Below, piece after piece: positions 47,017-56,335 of a stretch of 64,000 nt of DNA. The DNA comes from Reyranella sp. (GTDB lineage: Bacteria > Pseudomonadota > Alphaproteobacteria > Reyranellales > Reyranellaceae), in assembly GCA_046296475.1 (NCBI GenBank), contig JBKBLH010000023.1:24649-88648 (forward strand), read 5' to 3'. The notes beneath the pieces are model-generated. The model was not told the DNA's origin. It worked only from the letters and a program-made list of their open reading frames with translations, and did not search any database. Each line of letters opens with the position of its first letter. Position 1 is the first letter of the stretch. The position numbers were made by a program, and so were the translations under genes.

Positions 47017-48098
47017 GCCGAGGGTCGATCTCGATCACGGGTGTCGGCAAGGCGTTCGGCGCCGCGACAGTGCTGGACGGCGTGGATCTCTCGATCGAGG
47101 GCGGCAGCTTCGTCACGCTGCTCGGCCCCTCGGGCTGCGGCAAGACAACCCTGCTGCGCCTGATCGCGGGCTTCCTCGAGCCCAGCCGCGGCACCATCGC
47201 CATCGACGGCGCGCCCATGCAGGGCGTGCCGCCGCGGCGCCGGCCGCTCGGCATGGTGTTCCAGAACCTGGCGCTGTTCCCGCATCTCGACGTGTTCGAG
47301 AACGTGGCCTACGGCATGCGGATCCGCGGCACCGCGGCGTCCGAGATCGCCGCCCGCGTCTCGCGTTTCCTGGCGTTGGTGGGCCTTGCTGGCTTCGAGC
47401 GGCGGCGCATCGGCCAGCTCTCGGGCGGCCAGAAGCAGCGCGTGGCGCTGGCGCGCTCGCTGGCGCTGGAGCCCGCGATCCTGCTGCTCGACGAACCGCT
47501 GAGCGCGCTCGACCTGCAGCTCCGCCGCCAGCTCCAGGTGGAATTGAAGTCGATCCAGCGCCAGCTCGCCACCACCTTCGTGTTCGTCACCCACGACCAG
47601 GAGGAGGCAACGATGCTCTCCGACACGATCGTCGTGATGGACGGCGGACGCGTGCAGCAGGTCGGCACGCCCGGCGAGATCTACCGCCGCCCTGCCTCGC
47701 CCTTCGTCGCCCGCTTCGTCGGCGACATCAACATGATGGACGGTCGCATCGAGACGGTGGAGGCCCTGTCGGTCTCGGTCTCCGTTGCGGGACGGCCGAT
47801 TTCTGTTCCCCGCTCCGCCGTCGTCGGCACCGCATCGGCGGGCCGCGCCTGCCAGCTCGCCTGCCGCCCCGAGTCGGTGCGGCTCGGAGGAACACAAGCC
47901 GACGCGCTGTCGCTCGAAGCCCGCGTGACGGCGTTGCATCGCCTCGGGCCGACGGTGAAGGCCGTGCTCGACACGCCGCTGGGCCCGCTCACGGCGCTGG
48001 CGATGGCCGACACGCCGCACGTTGCGGAACTCGCCGAAGGAAAGACGGCGCGTCTCGCCGTGCCATCCGACACATTCACGCTCTTCGCCTCAACCTGA
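47013..48098 (+). CDS. ABC transporter ATP-binding protein (PotA type)
   Basis: 361 aa from GTG 47013, overlapping the SBP stop (GTGA). It has Walker A GPSGCGKTT, signature LSGGQKQR and Walker B LLLDEP. Confidence 0.88.
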   Translation: MSRGSISITGVGKAFGAATVLDGVDLSIEGGSFVTLLGPSGCGKTTLLRLIAGFLEPSRGTIAIDGAPMQGVPPRRRPLGMVFQNLALFPHLDVFENVAYGMRIRGTAASEIAARVSRFLALVGLAGFERRRIGQLSGGQKQRVALARSLALEPAILLLDEPLSALDLQLRRQLQVELKSIQRQLATTFVFVTHDQEEATMLSDTIVVMDGGRVQQVGTPGEIYRRPASPFVARFVGDINMMDGRIETVEALSVSVSVAGRPISVPRSAVVGTASAGRACQLACRPESVRLGGTQADALSLEARVTALHRLGPTVKAVLDTPLGPLTALAMADTPHVAELAEGKTARLAVPSDTFTLFAST

Positions 48099-48108
48099 AA
48101 GAACGATC

Positions 48109-49554
48109 ATGCCTGCTCAGGATTTCGCCGGCCGCACCGTCGCCGACCATGTGGAAGCCTTCACCTCCGGCAAGGTTGCCGCGCGCGACATCGTCGAGGG
48201 GCTGCTGGAACGCACGAAGAAGGCCGAGCCCTTCAACCCGATCGCGACCCTCGATACGGACGGCGCGCGCGCGGCGGCCGACGCCCTCGACGCGCGGCGC
48301 AAGGCCGGCGGGCCCTTCGGCGCGCTGGCCGCCGTGCCGGTCTCGGCCAAGGATCTCATCCTGACCAAGGGCCTGCGAACCGCCTTCGCCTCGGTCACCA
48401 TGAAGGACAACGTTCCCTCTACGGATGCCTCGGCCATCGCCCAGTGGCGCAGCGCCGATGCCGTCCTGTTCGCCAAGACCACGACGCCGGAGTTCGGCCA
48501 CAAGGTGCTGACCGACAGCCCGCTGCACGGCATCACCCGCAATCCCTGGAACCGCGAGCATACGAGCGGCGGCTCGAGCGGCGGCGCGGCCGTCGCGGTG
48601 GCGCTGGGCCTCGGCCCGATCGCCATGTCGACCGACGGTGCGGGCTCGGGCCGCATTCCCGCCGCCTGCTGCGGCGTCTACGGGCTCAAGGCGACGCTGG
48701 GCCGCGTCCCGCACGAGGTGCCGCCCGACCAGTTCGGCCAGCTCACCTATCTCGGCGTAATGGCGCGCCATCCGGCCGATCTCGGCGCCGGCCTCGCCTC
48801 GATGTCGCGCGGTCATCGCGACGATCCCTGGACGCTCGCCATCGGACGCGAGCCCTTCGCCTGGCCCGACGAGTCCGGCGAACATCCGATCGCCGGCCGG
48901 CGCATCACCGTCATCCGCCGCATGACCGGCGGTTATCTCGATCCCGACACCGAGGCGCGCCTCGACGCGGCGATCGCCTTCCTCGAACGACGGGGCGCCC
49001 ACATCAAGGAGATGGACGGTCGCGAGATCGACTGGAAGCTCGACGTCGCCCGCATCATCCTGCGGGCCAACCAGATCGAGCGCTTCGCCGACATCCTGAA
49101 GAACCGTCGCGCCGAACTCGACCCGTCCTTCGCCCGGACTCTGGACGAGGGCAATGCCATCGACGTCGTGGCGCTGCGCCGCGCAGTCGTCGATCGCACC
49201 ACCGCCTTCAAGACCGTTCAGCGCCTGTTCTCCGACTGCGACCTGCTGCTCACGCCAACCGTTGCCACACCGGCGCCGCCCGCGTCCCAGAACCAGTTCG
49301 AGCCGCTGGTGGTCGACGGCAAGCCGCTCGGCGACCTTCGGGCCGCCTGGTACACTTACACGATCCCCTTCAACATGACCGGCCATCCGGCGATCTCGAT
49401 CCCGTTCGGGCATTCGAAGGCCGGCCTGCCGATCGGCATCCACTTCGTGGCGCCGTGGTACGCCGAAGGACACCTCATCAAGCTTGCCGAGGCCTTCGAC
49501 GCCGAGACCGGCGCCTCGGCCGAATTCCCGCCGGGCTTCGCGGCCGGCGCCTGA
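48109..49554 (+). CDS. amidase (amidase-signature family, GatA-like)
   Basis: 481 aa from ATG 48109 with signature region …GITRNPWNREHTSGGSSGGAAVAVALG…. It is embedded between the ATPase and the permease genes. Confidence 0.88.
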   Translation: MPAQDFAGRTVADHVEAFTSGKVAARDIVEGLLERTKKAEPFNPIATLDTDGARAAADALDARRKAGGPFGALAAVPVSAKDLILTKGLRTAFASVTMKDNVPSTDASAIAQWRSADAVLFAKTTTPEFGHKVLTDSPLHGITRNPWNREHTSGGSSGGAAVAVALGLGPIAMSTDGAGSGRIPAACCGVYGLKATLGRVPHEVPPDQFGQLTYLGVMARHPADLGAGLASMSRGHRDDPWTLAIGREPFAWPDESGEHPIAGRRITVIRRMTGGYLDPDTEARLDAAIAFLERRGAHIKEMDGREIDWKLDVARIILRANQIERFADILKNRRAELDPSFARTLDEGNAIDVVALRRAVVDRTTAFKTVQRLFSDCDLLLTPTVATPAPPASQNQFEPLVVDGKPLGDLRAAWYTYTIPFNMTGHPAISIPFGHSKAGLPIGIHFVAPWYAEGHLIKLAEAFDAETGASAEFPPGFAAGA

Positions 49555-49555
49555 G

Positions 49556-50395
49556 ATGCGCGGCGCCACCTCCGCTCCGCGAAGCCTGGGCTGGCTGCTG
49601 CTGCCGGCCCTGCTGGTGCTCGCGCTGTTCCTGGGTTCGGTGGCGCTGCTCCTCTTCCACGCCTTCTGGAGCAAGGACGGCTTCTCGCTGGTCTACTTCC
49701 GGCAGATCCTCGAACGCGCCGACTATCACGACGTCTTCCTGCGCACCGTGTCGATTGCCGCCATCGTGGCGGTAGCCGCCGCCGTGCTGGCCTATCCGAT
49801 CGCGTGGCTGCTGTGGCGCCTGCCGCGCTGGCGCAACCTGCTGCTGGTGATCGTGCTGGTGCCGTGGCTGGTCAGCCTCGTCGTTCGCACCTACGGCTGG
49901 CTGGTGATCCTGGGTCCCAAGGGCTTCCTCAACGAGACGCTGAAATGGGCCGGCGTCATCCAGTCGCCGCTGCCGCTGATCTTCAACGATCTCGGCGTGG
50001 TGATCGGCCTCACGCACGTGCTGATGCCCTTCTCGGTGATCGCCACCCTCTCGGTCCTGCTGCAGATCGACAACCGCCTCGAGGAGGCGAGCGAATCGCT
50101 GGGTGCCGGCGGCTTCGAGACCTGGCGTCGGGTCGTGCTGCCGCTGTCTCTGCCCGGCGTCTTCACCGGCCTCGGCATCACCTTCCTGACCTCGATGGGC
50201 GCCATCGTGACGCCGATCCTGCTGGGCGGCATCCGCCAGAAGATGGCCGGCACGCAGATCTATCAGGAGGTCGTCTACAACTTCAACATGAGCAAGGCGT
50301 CGGCCTGGGCGATCTGCCTGCTGCTGCTGAGCGGCCTGGGCCTCGCCCTGCTGCGCATGGTCGAGGCGGCGCTGGTGCCGAAGGCCGACCGATGA
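49556..50395 (+). CDS. ABC transporter permease (PotB type)
   Basis: 279 aa from ATG 49556, 1 nt after the amidase stop. Polytopic, with EAA-like loop (…LEEASESLGAGGFETWRRVVLP…). Confidence 0.85.
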   Translation: MRGATSAPRSLGWLLLPALLVLALFLGSVALLLFHAFWSKDGFSLVYFRQILERADYHDVFLRTVSIAAIVAVAAAVLAYPIAWLLWRLPRWRNLLLVIVLVPWLVSLVVRTYGWLVILGPKGFLNETLKWAGVIQSPLPLIFNDLGVVIGLTHVLMPFSVIATLSVLLQIDNRLEEASESLGAGGFETWRRVVLPLSLPGVFTGLGITFLTSMGAIVTPILLGGIRQKMAGTQIYQEVVYNFNMSKASAWAICLLLLSGLGLALLRMVEAALVPKADR

Positions 50396-51192
50396 ATACC
50401 CCGATCCTGAGACTGGGCCGCGCCGCGTCGTTCGCGCTGCTGCTTTTCCTCCCGCTGCCGATCGTGGTGATCGGTGCCACCTCGTTCGCGGCAGCCGGCT
50501 ATCTCCGGTTCCCGCCAGGCGAACTCAGCCTGCGCTGGTATGCCGAGGCCGCCACCGATCCGCGCTGGATCGAGGCCTTCGTCACCAGCCTCGGGATTGC
50601 GGCCGTGGTGTCCGTGCTCGTCACCGCCATCGCCTTCGCCGGCGCCTATGCCTGTCACCGGCTGCGGCCGCGCTGGCTGGCGGCCTTCGAGCTGGCGGTG
50701 ATGTCGCCGCTCTTCTTCCCACATGCCGCCTTGGGCGTCGCCCTCGTCAACGTGCTGGCGATGGCGGGCTATCTCGGCACGGCCACCGGCATCGTCATCG
50801 CCCATATCGTCTGCACCCTGCCCTTCGCCTGGCGTCCGATCGTCGTCGCCCTGCAGCGCATCGACGGCGAGATCGTCGAGGCCGCGTCGCTGCTGGGTGC
50901 CGACGAGCGGCGCATCGCCCTCGGCATCGCTCTGCCGCTGGCGCGCTCCGGCCTCGTCACCGCTCTGCTCTTCTCGTTCATCATCTCGTTCGACGAGGTG
51001 ACGATCACGATGTTCCTCACCGGGCCGCAGGTCACGACCCTGCCTGTCCAGATCTATGCCTTCATCCAGGAGAATGCCTCGCCGGTGCTGGCGGCGATCT
51101 CGACCGCGACCGTCGTCGTGACACTGGTGGTGGTGATGCTGCTGGAGCGGCTGATCGGCCTCGAATTCTTCGTGGCCCATGACCCGGCTTAG
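50392..51192 (+). CDS. ABC transporter permease (PotC type)
   Basis: 266 aa from ATG 50392 (ATGA overlap). The EAA-like loop is …IVEAASLLGADERRIALGIALP…. Confidence 0.85.
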   Translation: MNTPILRLGRAASFALLLFLPLPIVVIGATSFAAAGYLRFPPGELSLRWYAEAATDPRWIEAFVTSLGIAAVVSVLVTAIAFAGAYACHRLRPRWLAAFELAVMSPLFFPHAALGVALVNVLAMAGYLGTATGIVIAHIVCTLPFAWRPIVVALQRIDGEIVEAASLLGADERRIALGIALPLARSGLVTALLFSFIISFDEVTITMFLTGPQVTTLPVQIYAFIQENASPVLAAISTATVVVTLVVVMLLERLIGLEFFVAHDPA

Positions 51193-51218
51193 CCGTGCAA
51201 GCGAGTTTGGATCATCCG

Positions 51219-51350
51219 CCTCCCCATTCAAATGGGGAGGTGTCGGCGTCTCGCGCCGACGGAGGGGTCAGAACGATCGTCCGTTCTTCGTCGCTCTCGG
51301 ACATTGCAAGCAATGTCCTGTCGCTCAACGGGCTGAGCAAAGCTCAGCCC
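51219..51350. other. cluster of five short GC-rich hairpins in a convergent intergenic region
   Basis: The hairpins are CCTCCCCAT-TCAA-ATGGGGAGG (51219-51240), GTCGGCG-N5-CGCCGAC (51242-51260), GAACG-N6-CGTTC (51271-51286), GACATTGC-AA-GCAATGTC (51300-51317) and GGGCTGAGC-AAA-GCTCAGCCC (51330-51350). The last one abuts the LysR gene stop. Confidence 0.6.
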
Positions 51351-52246
51351 TACCAGCCCTTCGCCTTCATGTGGGCCTTGACCGCATCGAGGAAGGCGTC
51401 GGCCAGCCGCGAGGGCTTGCGATGGCGCGGCCGCATGGCGCGGAAGAGATAGCGGATGCGCGGCTCGAACGGCACGACCGCGATGCCGGCGCCGAGATAG
51501 TCGCGGGCGGTGAAGGGCTCGACGATCGACACGCCGAGGCCGCGCGCGGCGAGTGCGCAGGCATCGGCGGAGGAGTAGACGTCGATCTGCAGCTGCCGCT
51601 CGATCCGCTCCTGCTCGAAGACGGCGTCGATCAGGTGGCGCATGCGGCCATCGAGCGGGAAGGACAGGAAGCGCTCGCCGCGCAGGTCGGCGGGCCGGAT
51701 CACCTTGCGCCGCGCCAGCCGGTGCTTGCCCGGCAGGACGCAGACCGCCGCCGCGCGGCTCAGTTCCTCCGTGACCATCGCCGGGTGCTCGAACGGCATC
51801 ATCGAAAAGCCGAGGTCGATCTGCTGGTCGATCATCTTCTGGTTGATGTAGGTCGAGCTGCGGACCTGGAAGACGATATGCGCCTTGGTGTGGCGCTTCA
51901 TGAAGGTGGCCATGACGTCCGGCAGGACGCTGCGGCCGAGCGCCGGCGTCGAGTAGATCAGCAGGTCGCCCACCTGGCGCTCGCGGATCTCGCGCGCCAC
52001 TTCCGTCACGCGCTCCAGGCTGTGATAGAGCCGCGTCACCTCCTGCTCGAGCAGGCGGGCCTCGCTGGTCGGCGCCAGCCGCCGCTTGATGCGGGTGAAC
52101 AGCGGGTAGCCGATCTCATGCTCCAGGCCCGCCAGGATCTTGCTCACCGCCGGCTGCGAGACGCCCAGCCGCTCCGCCGCGGCCGTCACAGTTCCGTGCG
52201 CCATGATGGCGCGAAAGGCCTCGAGCTGACGCGACGTGATCATCAT
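51350..52246 (-). CDS. LysR family transcriptional regulator
   Basis: 298 aa with an N-terminal HTH (LEAFRAIMAHGTVTAAAERLGVSQPAVSKILAGLE). It is divergent from the FAD-oxidoreductase operon. Confidence 0.9.
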   Translation of the reverse strand: MMITSRQLEAFRAIMAHGTVTAAAERLGVSQPAVSKILAGLEHEIGYPLFTRIKRRLAPTSEARLLEQEVTRLYHSLERVTEVAREIRERQVGDLLIYSTPALGRSVLPDVMATFMKRHTKAHIVFQVRSSTYINQKMIDQQIDLGFSMMPFEHPAMVTEELSRAAAVCVLPGKHRLARRKVIRPADLRGERFLSFPLDGRMRHLIDAVFEQERIERQLQIDVYSSADACALAARGLGVSIVEPFTARDYLGAGIAVVPFEPRIRYLFRAMRPRHRKPSRLADAFLDAVKAHMKAKGW

Positions 52247-52344
52247 AACCTCGACGACTTAACCCCGCTGGACAATGACTTTGACCGTCCTGCGGCTCAA
52301 GCATTTACTCATTCCAGTCAATGTTTTTGCGTGTGAGCTCTGTC

Positions 52345-53670
52345 ATGCCTGCGGTTAACCATTCGATCTTCTCCAGCGATTTCAAGGACGAGCCCTACTG
52401 GTGGCAGGCATTCCGTCCGCAAGCCATCACCGCGCCCTCGCTGCCCGCCCGCACCGACGTCGTGGTCGTGGGCGGCGGCTATGCCGGTCTCGCGACGGCG
52501 CGGGCGCTCGCCGACGGCGGCGTGCAGAGCGTCGTGCTGGAAGCCGACGAGTTCGGTGCCGGTGCCTCGACGCGCAGCGGCGGCGCGCTCAGCGCCGGCC
52601 TGTCGATCGGGAAGAGCTTTACCGGCCGCACGCTCGACTATTCGCCCGGGCTGGTGCGCGACGTCGTGGGCTGGGCGATCGACGCCTATCGCGCGCTGAT
52701 CGACCTGGTCGAGCAGGAGAAGATCGACTGCCATCTCGAACAGCGCGGCCGCTTCCTCGGCGCCTGTGCCACTTCGCACTATGAAGGGCTGCGCACGCGC
52801 TTCGCCAAGTTGCGCGACGGTGGCGCCACCGATTGCCGCCTGATCACCCGCGAGGAGCAGCGCGAGGAGATCGGCAGCGATTTCTATCACGGCGGCATGG
52901 TCTTCGAGACGGCGGGCAAGCTGCATCCCGCCCTGTTCTACGGCGGCCTTCTGGCGGCGGTACGCCGCCGCAACTCGGTGACCCTTGCAGGCCATTGCCG
53001 CGCCACCGGCCTCGCCCGCGACGGCGAGGGCTGGCGGGTCAGCACCAGCATGGGCGAGGTGCGCGCACGCCACGTCGTCGTTGCCACCAACGGCTACACG
53101 TCGGGTGTCACGCCCCGCCTGCGGAAGCGGCTGGTGCCGATCGCCAGCCACATCATCGCCACCGAGGAGCTGCCCGCCGACCTGATTCACGATATCTGCC
53201 CGAAGGGGCGCACCTTCTCCGAGACACGGCGCGTGCTGCACTACTACCGGATCTCGCCGGACGGGAAGCGCGTGATCTTCGGCGGCCGCGCCCGCTTCAC
53301 CGAGATCGACGCCGCGCTGCGCGCCCAGCTCCTGCACCGGGCGCTGGTCGAGCGACTGCCTCAGCTTGCGGACACCAAGGTCACCCATACCTGGCAGGGC
53401 AACGTCGCCTTCACCTACGACGCGCTGCCGCATGCCGGCGAGCTCGACGGGCTGCACTTCGTCCTGGGGTGCAACGGTTCGGGCGTGTCGATGATGCCGT
53501 TCCTCGGCAACGCGATGGGCCAGTCGATCGCCGGGCGACTGCGCGGCAAGGTTCCGTTCGCCGGGACGGCGCTTCCGCCCATTCCCCTCTACTCGGGCAG
53601 GCCGTGGTTCCTGCCGTTGATCGGCGGCGCCTTCCGCACCCTGGACTATATCGACGAGAAGGTCAGATGA
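52345..53670 (+). CDS. FAD-dependent oxidoreductase (DAO family), paralogue of 40633-41976
   Basis: 441 aa from ATG 52345 with dinucleotide fold DVVVVGGGYAGLATARALA. Long collinear similarity to the other copy (e.g. LVPIASHIIATEELP / LVPVASHIIATEELP; KRVIFGGRARFT in both). Confidence 0.85.
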   Translation: MPAVNHSIFSSDFKDEPYWWQAFRPQAITAPSLPARTDVVVVGGGYAGLATARALADGGVQSVVLEADEFGAGASTRSGGALSAGLSIGKSFTGRTLDYSPGLVRDVVGWAIDAYRALIDLVEQEKIDCHLEQRGRFLGACATSHYEGLRTRFAKLRDGGATDCRLITREEQREEIGSDFYHGGMVFETAGKLHPALFYGGLLAAVRRRNSVTLAGHCRATGLARDGEGWRVSTSMGEVRARHVVVATNGYTSGVTPRLRKRLVPIASHIIATEELPADLIHDICPKGRTFSETRRVLHYYRISPDGKRVIFGGRARFTEIDAALRAQLLHRALVERLPQLADTKVTHTWQGNVAFTYDALPHAGELDGLHFVLGCNGSGVSMMPFLGNAMGQSIAGRLRGKVPFAGTALPPIPLYSGRPWFLPLIGGAFRTLDYIDEKVR

Positions 53671-54746
53671 GCGCGGCGTTCTTCTCTGCCGCCTACGGCG
53701 AGGCCCGCCAGCGCTTCCTCGACGCCTCCGCCAGAGTCGGCGCCAGCGTCCAGCATCACGTCCATCCCCTGAAAGGTGCGGCGGGCGAGGAGATCGGCAC
53801 CGACACCGCGCTTGTCGGACCGGACGACGCCGCCAAGCTGTTCATCATCAGCTCGGGCACGCACGGACCCGAAGGCTTCGCCGGCTCGGCCTGTCAGCTC
53901 GCGCTGCTGAACGACGAGCTGGCACGGCGGGCCGCCGATCGCGGCATCGCGCTGCTGCTGATCCATGCCGTCAACCCGTTCGGCTTCTCGCACCTGAAGC
54001 GGACCAACGAGGACAACATCGACCTCAACCGCAACTTCGGAGACTTCTCGCGGCCCTATCCCGCCAACCCGGTGTACGAGCAGATCCACGACCTGCTCGT
54101 GCCGGAGAGCTGGCCGCCCTCCGGCGACAACGAGGAACGACTGGCCGGCGCGATGGCGGGCCTTGCCGGGCAACGCGATCCGGGTGTGTCGAGCGGGCAG
54201 GCCAGGCATCCCGACGGGCTGTTCTACTGCGGCACCGCACCGGCCTGGAGCAACGACACGATCCGCTCGATCCTGCGCACCCATGGCGCGAAGAAGCGGC
54301 ACATCGCCTGGATCGACGTCCATACCGGGCTCGGGCCCTATGGCCACGGCGAGAAGATCTTCGGTCGCCATTCCGAGGAAACCACGAGACGCGCAAGAAC
54401 CTGGTGGGGCAGCGACCTGATCGTCAGCACCGCGGGCGAGTCGGTGTCGCCACGCACGATCGGGCACATTACCGGCTGCGCGCCGGAGGAATGTCCCGGC
54501 GCCGCGATCACGCCGACGACGCTGGAGTACGGCACCGTGCCCAATCCCGTCGTGCGACACGCGTTGCGCGGCGAGGCCTGGCTGGCGGGTCATCCGGGCG
54601 CGCCCGCTGCCATTGCGAAAGACATAAAGCGCGCGGTGCGCGACGCCTTCTACGTCGATGCAGACGACTGGAAGGGCATGATCCTCGGCCAGTTCCGGGC
54701 CCAGGCGCTGCAGACGATCAACGGGCTGATCAACGAACAATCCTAG
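53667..54746 (+). CDS. DUF2817 / M14-like zinc-hydrolase family protein
   Basis: 359 aa from ATG 53667 (ATGA overlap with the upstream stop). Motifs are …FIISSGTHGPEGFAGS…IHAVNPFGFSHLKRTNEDNIDLNRNF…. The family was assigned from memory. Confidence 0.65.
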   Translation: MSAAFFSAAYGEARQRFLDASARVGASVQHHVHPLKGAAGEEIGTDTALVGPDDAAKLFIISSGTHGPEGFAGSACQLALLNDELARRAADRGIALLLIHAVNPFGFSHLKRTNEDNIDLNRNFGDFSRPYPANPVYEQIHDLLVPESWPPSGDNEERLAGAMAGLAGQRDPGVSSGQARHPDGLFYCGTAPAWSNDTIRSILRTHGAKKRHIAWIDVHTGLGPYGHGEKIFGRHSEETTRRARTWWGSDLIVSTAGESVSPRTIGHITGCAPEECPGAAITPTTLEYGTVPNPVVRHALRGEAWLAGHPGAPAAIAKDIKRAVRDAFYVDADDWKGMILGQFRAQALQTINGLINEQS

Positions 54747-54755
54747 GGAGGCACC

Positions 54756-56324
54756 ATGATTTTCAAGACCTTGCTGGGCGCCGTCGCCGGTCTCGCGCTC
54801 GCGATGCCGGCCGCCGCGCAATCGACGCTCAAGATCGTGATGCACTCCGATCTGAAGATCCTCGATCCGATCTGGGCGTCGGCGCAGATCAGCCGCACAC
54901 ACGGCTATCTGGTCTACGACACGCTGTTCGGCCTCGACGGCGATCTCAGACCGCAGCCGCAGATGGTGGGCAACTGGACCGTCGATCCGGCCGGGCTGAT
55001 CTACAGCTTCACCCTCCGCGATGGGCTGAAATGGCACGACGGGGCGCCGGTCACAGCCGAGGATTGCGTCGCCTCGCTCAGGCGCTGGGGCAGCCGCGAC
55101 CCGGTCGGCCTGAAGCTCATGGCCAACGTCAAGGAACTCTCTGCCCCCGACGCGAAGACGATCCGACTCGAATTGTCACGCCCGTATGGGCTGGTGATCG
55201 ACTCCCTCGCCAAGCCGGCCGGAATCGTCCCCTTCATGATGCCCAAGAGGGTCGCCGAGGCGCCGGCCACCCAGCAGATCAAGGATCCGACCGGCTCGGG
55301 CCCGTTCATGTTCAAGGCCGACGAATGGCGGCCGGGCGACAAGGTCGTCTACGTGAAGAATCCGAACTACGTCCCGCGCACCGAGCCGCCGGCCAACTAT
55401 TCGGGCGGCAAGGTCGCCAAGGTCGATCGCGTCGAATGGACGTCGATCGCCGATCCGCAGACCGCTGTGAACGCGCTGCAGAACGGCGAGGTCGATGCGC
55501 TCGAATCGGTGGCGCACGACCTGCTGCCCCTGGTCGAGAAGCAGCGCGGCATCGTGGTGCAGCGCGGCGCCTATGCCAGCCAGTACACGCTGCGGCCGAA
55601 CTGGCTTCATCCGCCGTTCAACGATCCCCGCATGAGGCTCGCCCTAGGCTATGCGATCGACCAGAAGGGCTTCCTGGAGGCTTCCGTCGGCGACCCGAAA
55701 TACTGGCGTCTCTGCAAGACCTACTATGGCTGCGGCACGCCGCTCGCTTCGGACAAGGGCACGCAGGGCCTGCTCGAGGGCAACGTCGAGAAGGCCAGGG
55801 CACTCATCAAGGAGGCCGGCTACGACGGGCGGCCGGTCGTGCTGCTGCAGGTGACCGACCTCGCCTCCCTGGTCAATCTCGGCCCCGTCGCCAAGGCACA
55901 GCTCGAGAGGGTCGGCTTCAAGGTCGACATGCGACCGGCCGATTGGCAGACGCACCTGGCGCGCGTCATGCGCAAGGAGCCCCCGGAGGATCGAGGCTGG
56001 AACGTCACCCTGTCGAGCATCGGGGTCATCGACGTCGCCAACCCCGTCACCTCGCTGTTCCTGAACTCTGCCTGCGAGAAGGCCTCCGCCGGCTGGTCGT
56101 GCGACGCGCGGATCGAGGCGATGCGCGAGGCCTACGCGCTGGAGCCGGATGCGGCCAAGCGCAAGGCCATCGCCGAGGAGATCCAGGAACGCGCCCTGCA
56201 GCTCGGCACGCACTATCCGCTGGGCGAGTGGTACAGCGCCTCCGCCGTCAGCGCCGGCACGAAGGGCTGGATCCGTCCGCCCTCGACGACCGTCTTCTGG
56301 AACGTCGAGGTCGCGAAGCGCTGA
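54756..56324 (+). CDS. ABC transporter substrate-binding protein, family 5 (peptide/nickel/opine type)
   Basis: 522 aa with signal MIFKTLLGAVAGLALAMPAAAQ. It starts 9 nt after the DUF2817 gene. No adjacent permease genes. Confidence 0.85.
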   Translation: MIFKTLLGAVAGLALAMPAAAQSTLKIVMHSDLKILDPIWASAQISRTHGYLVYDTLFGLDGDLRPQPQMVGNWTVDPAGLIYSFTLRDGLKWHDGAPVTAEDCVASLRRWGSRDPVGLKLMANVKELSAPDAKTIRLELSRPYGLVIDSLAKPAGIVPFMMPKRVAEAPATQQIKDPTGSGPFMFKADEWRPGDKVVYVKNPNYVPRTEPPANYSGGKVAKVDRVEWTSIADPQTAVNALQNGEVDALESVAHDLLPLVEKQRGIVVQRGAYASQYTLRPNWLHPPFNDPRMRLALGYAIDQKGFLEASVGDPKYWRLCKTYYGCGTPLASDKGTQGLLEGNVEKARALIKEAGYDGRPVVLLQVTDLASLVNLGPVAKAQLERVGFKVDMRPADWQTHLARVMRKEPPEDRGWNVTLSSIGVIDVANPVTSLFLNSACEKASAGWSCDARIEAMREAYALEPDAAKRKAIAEEIQERALQLGTHYPLGEWYSASAVSAGTKGWIRPPSTTVFWNVEVAKR

Positions 56325-56335
56325 AGCCGTAGGCT

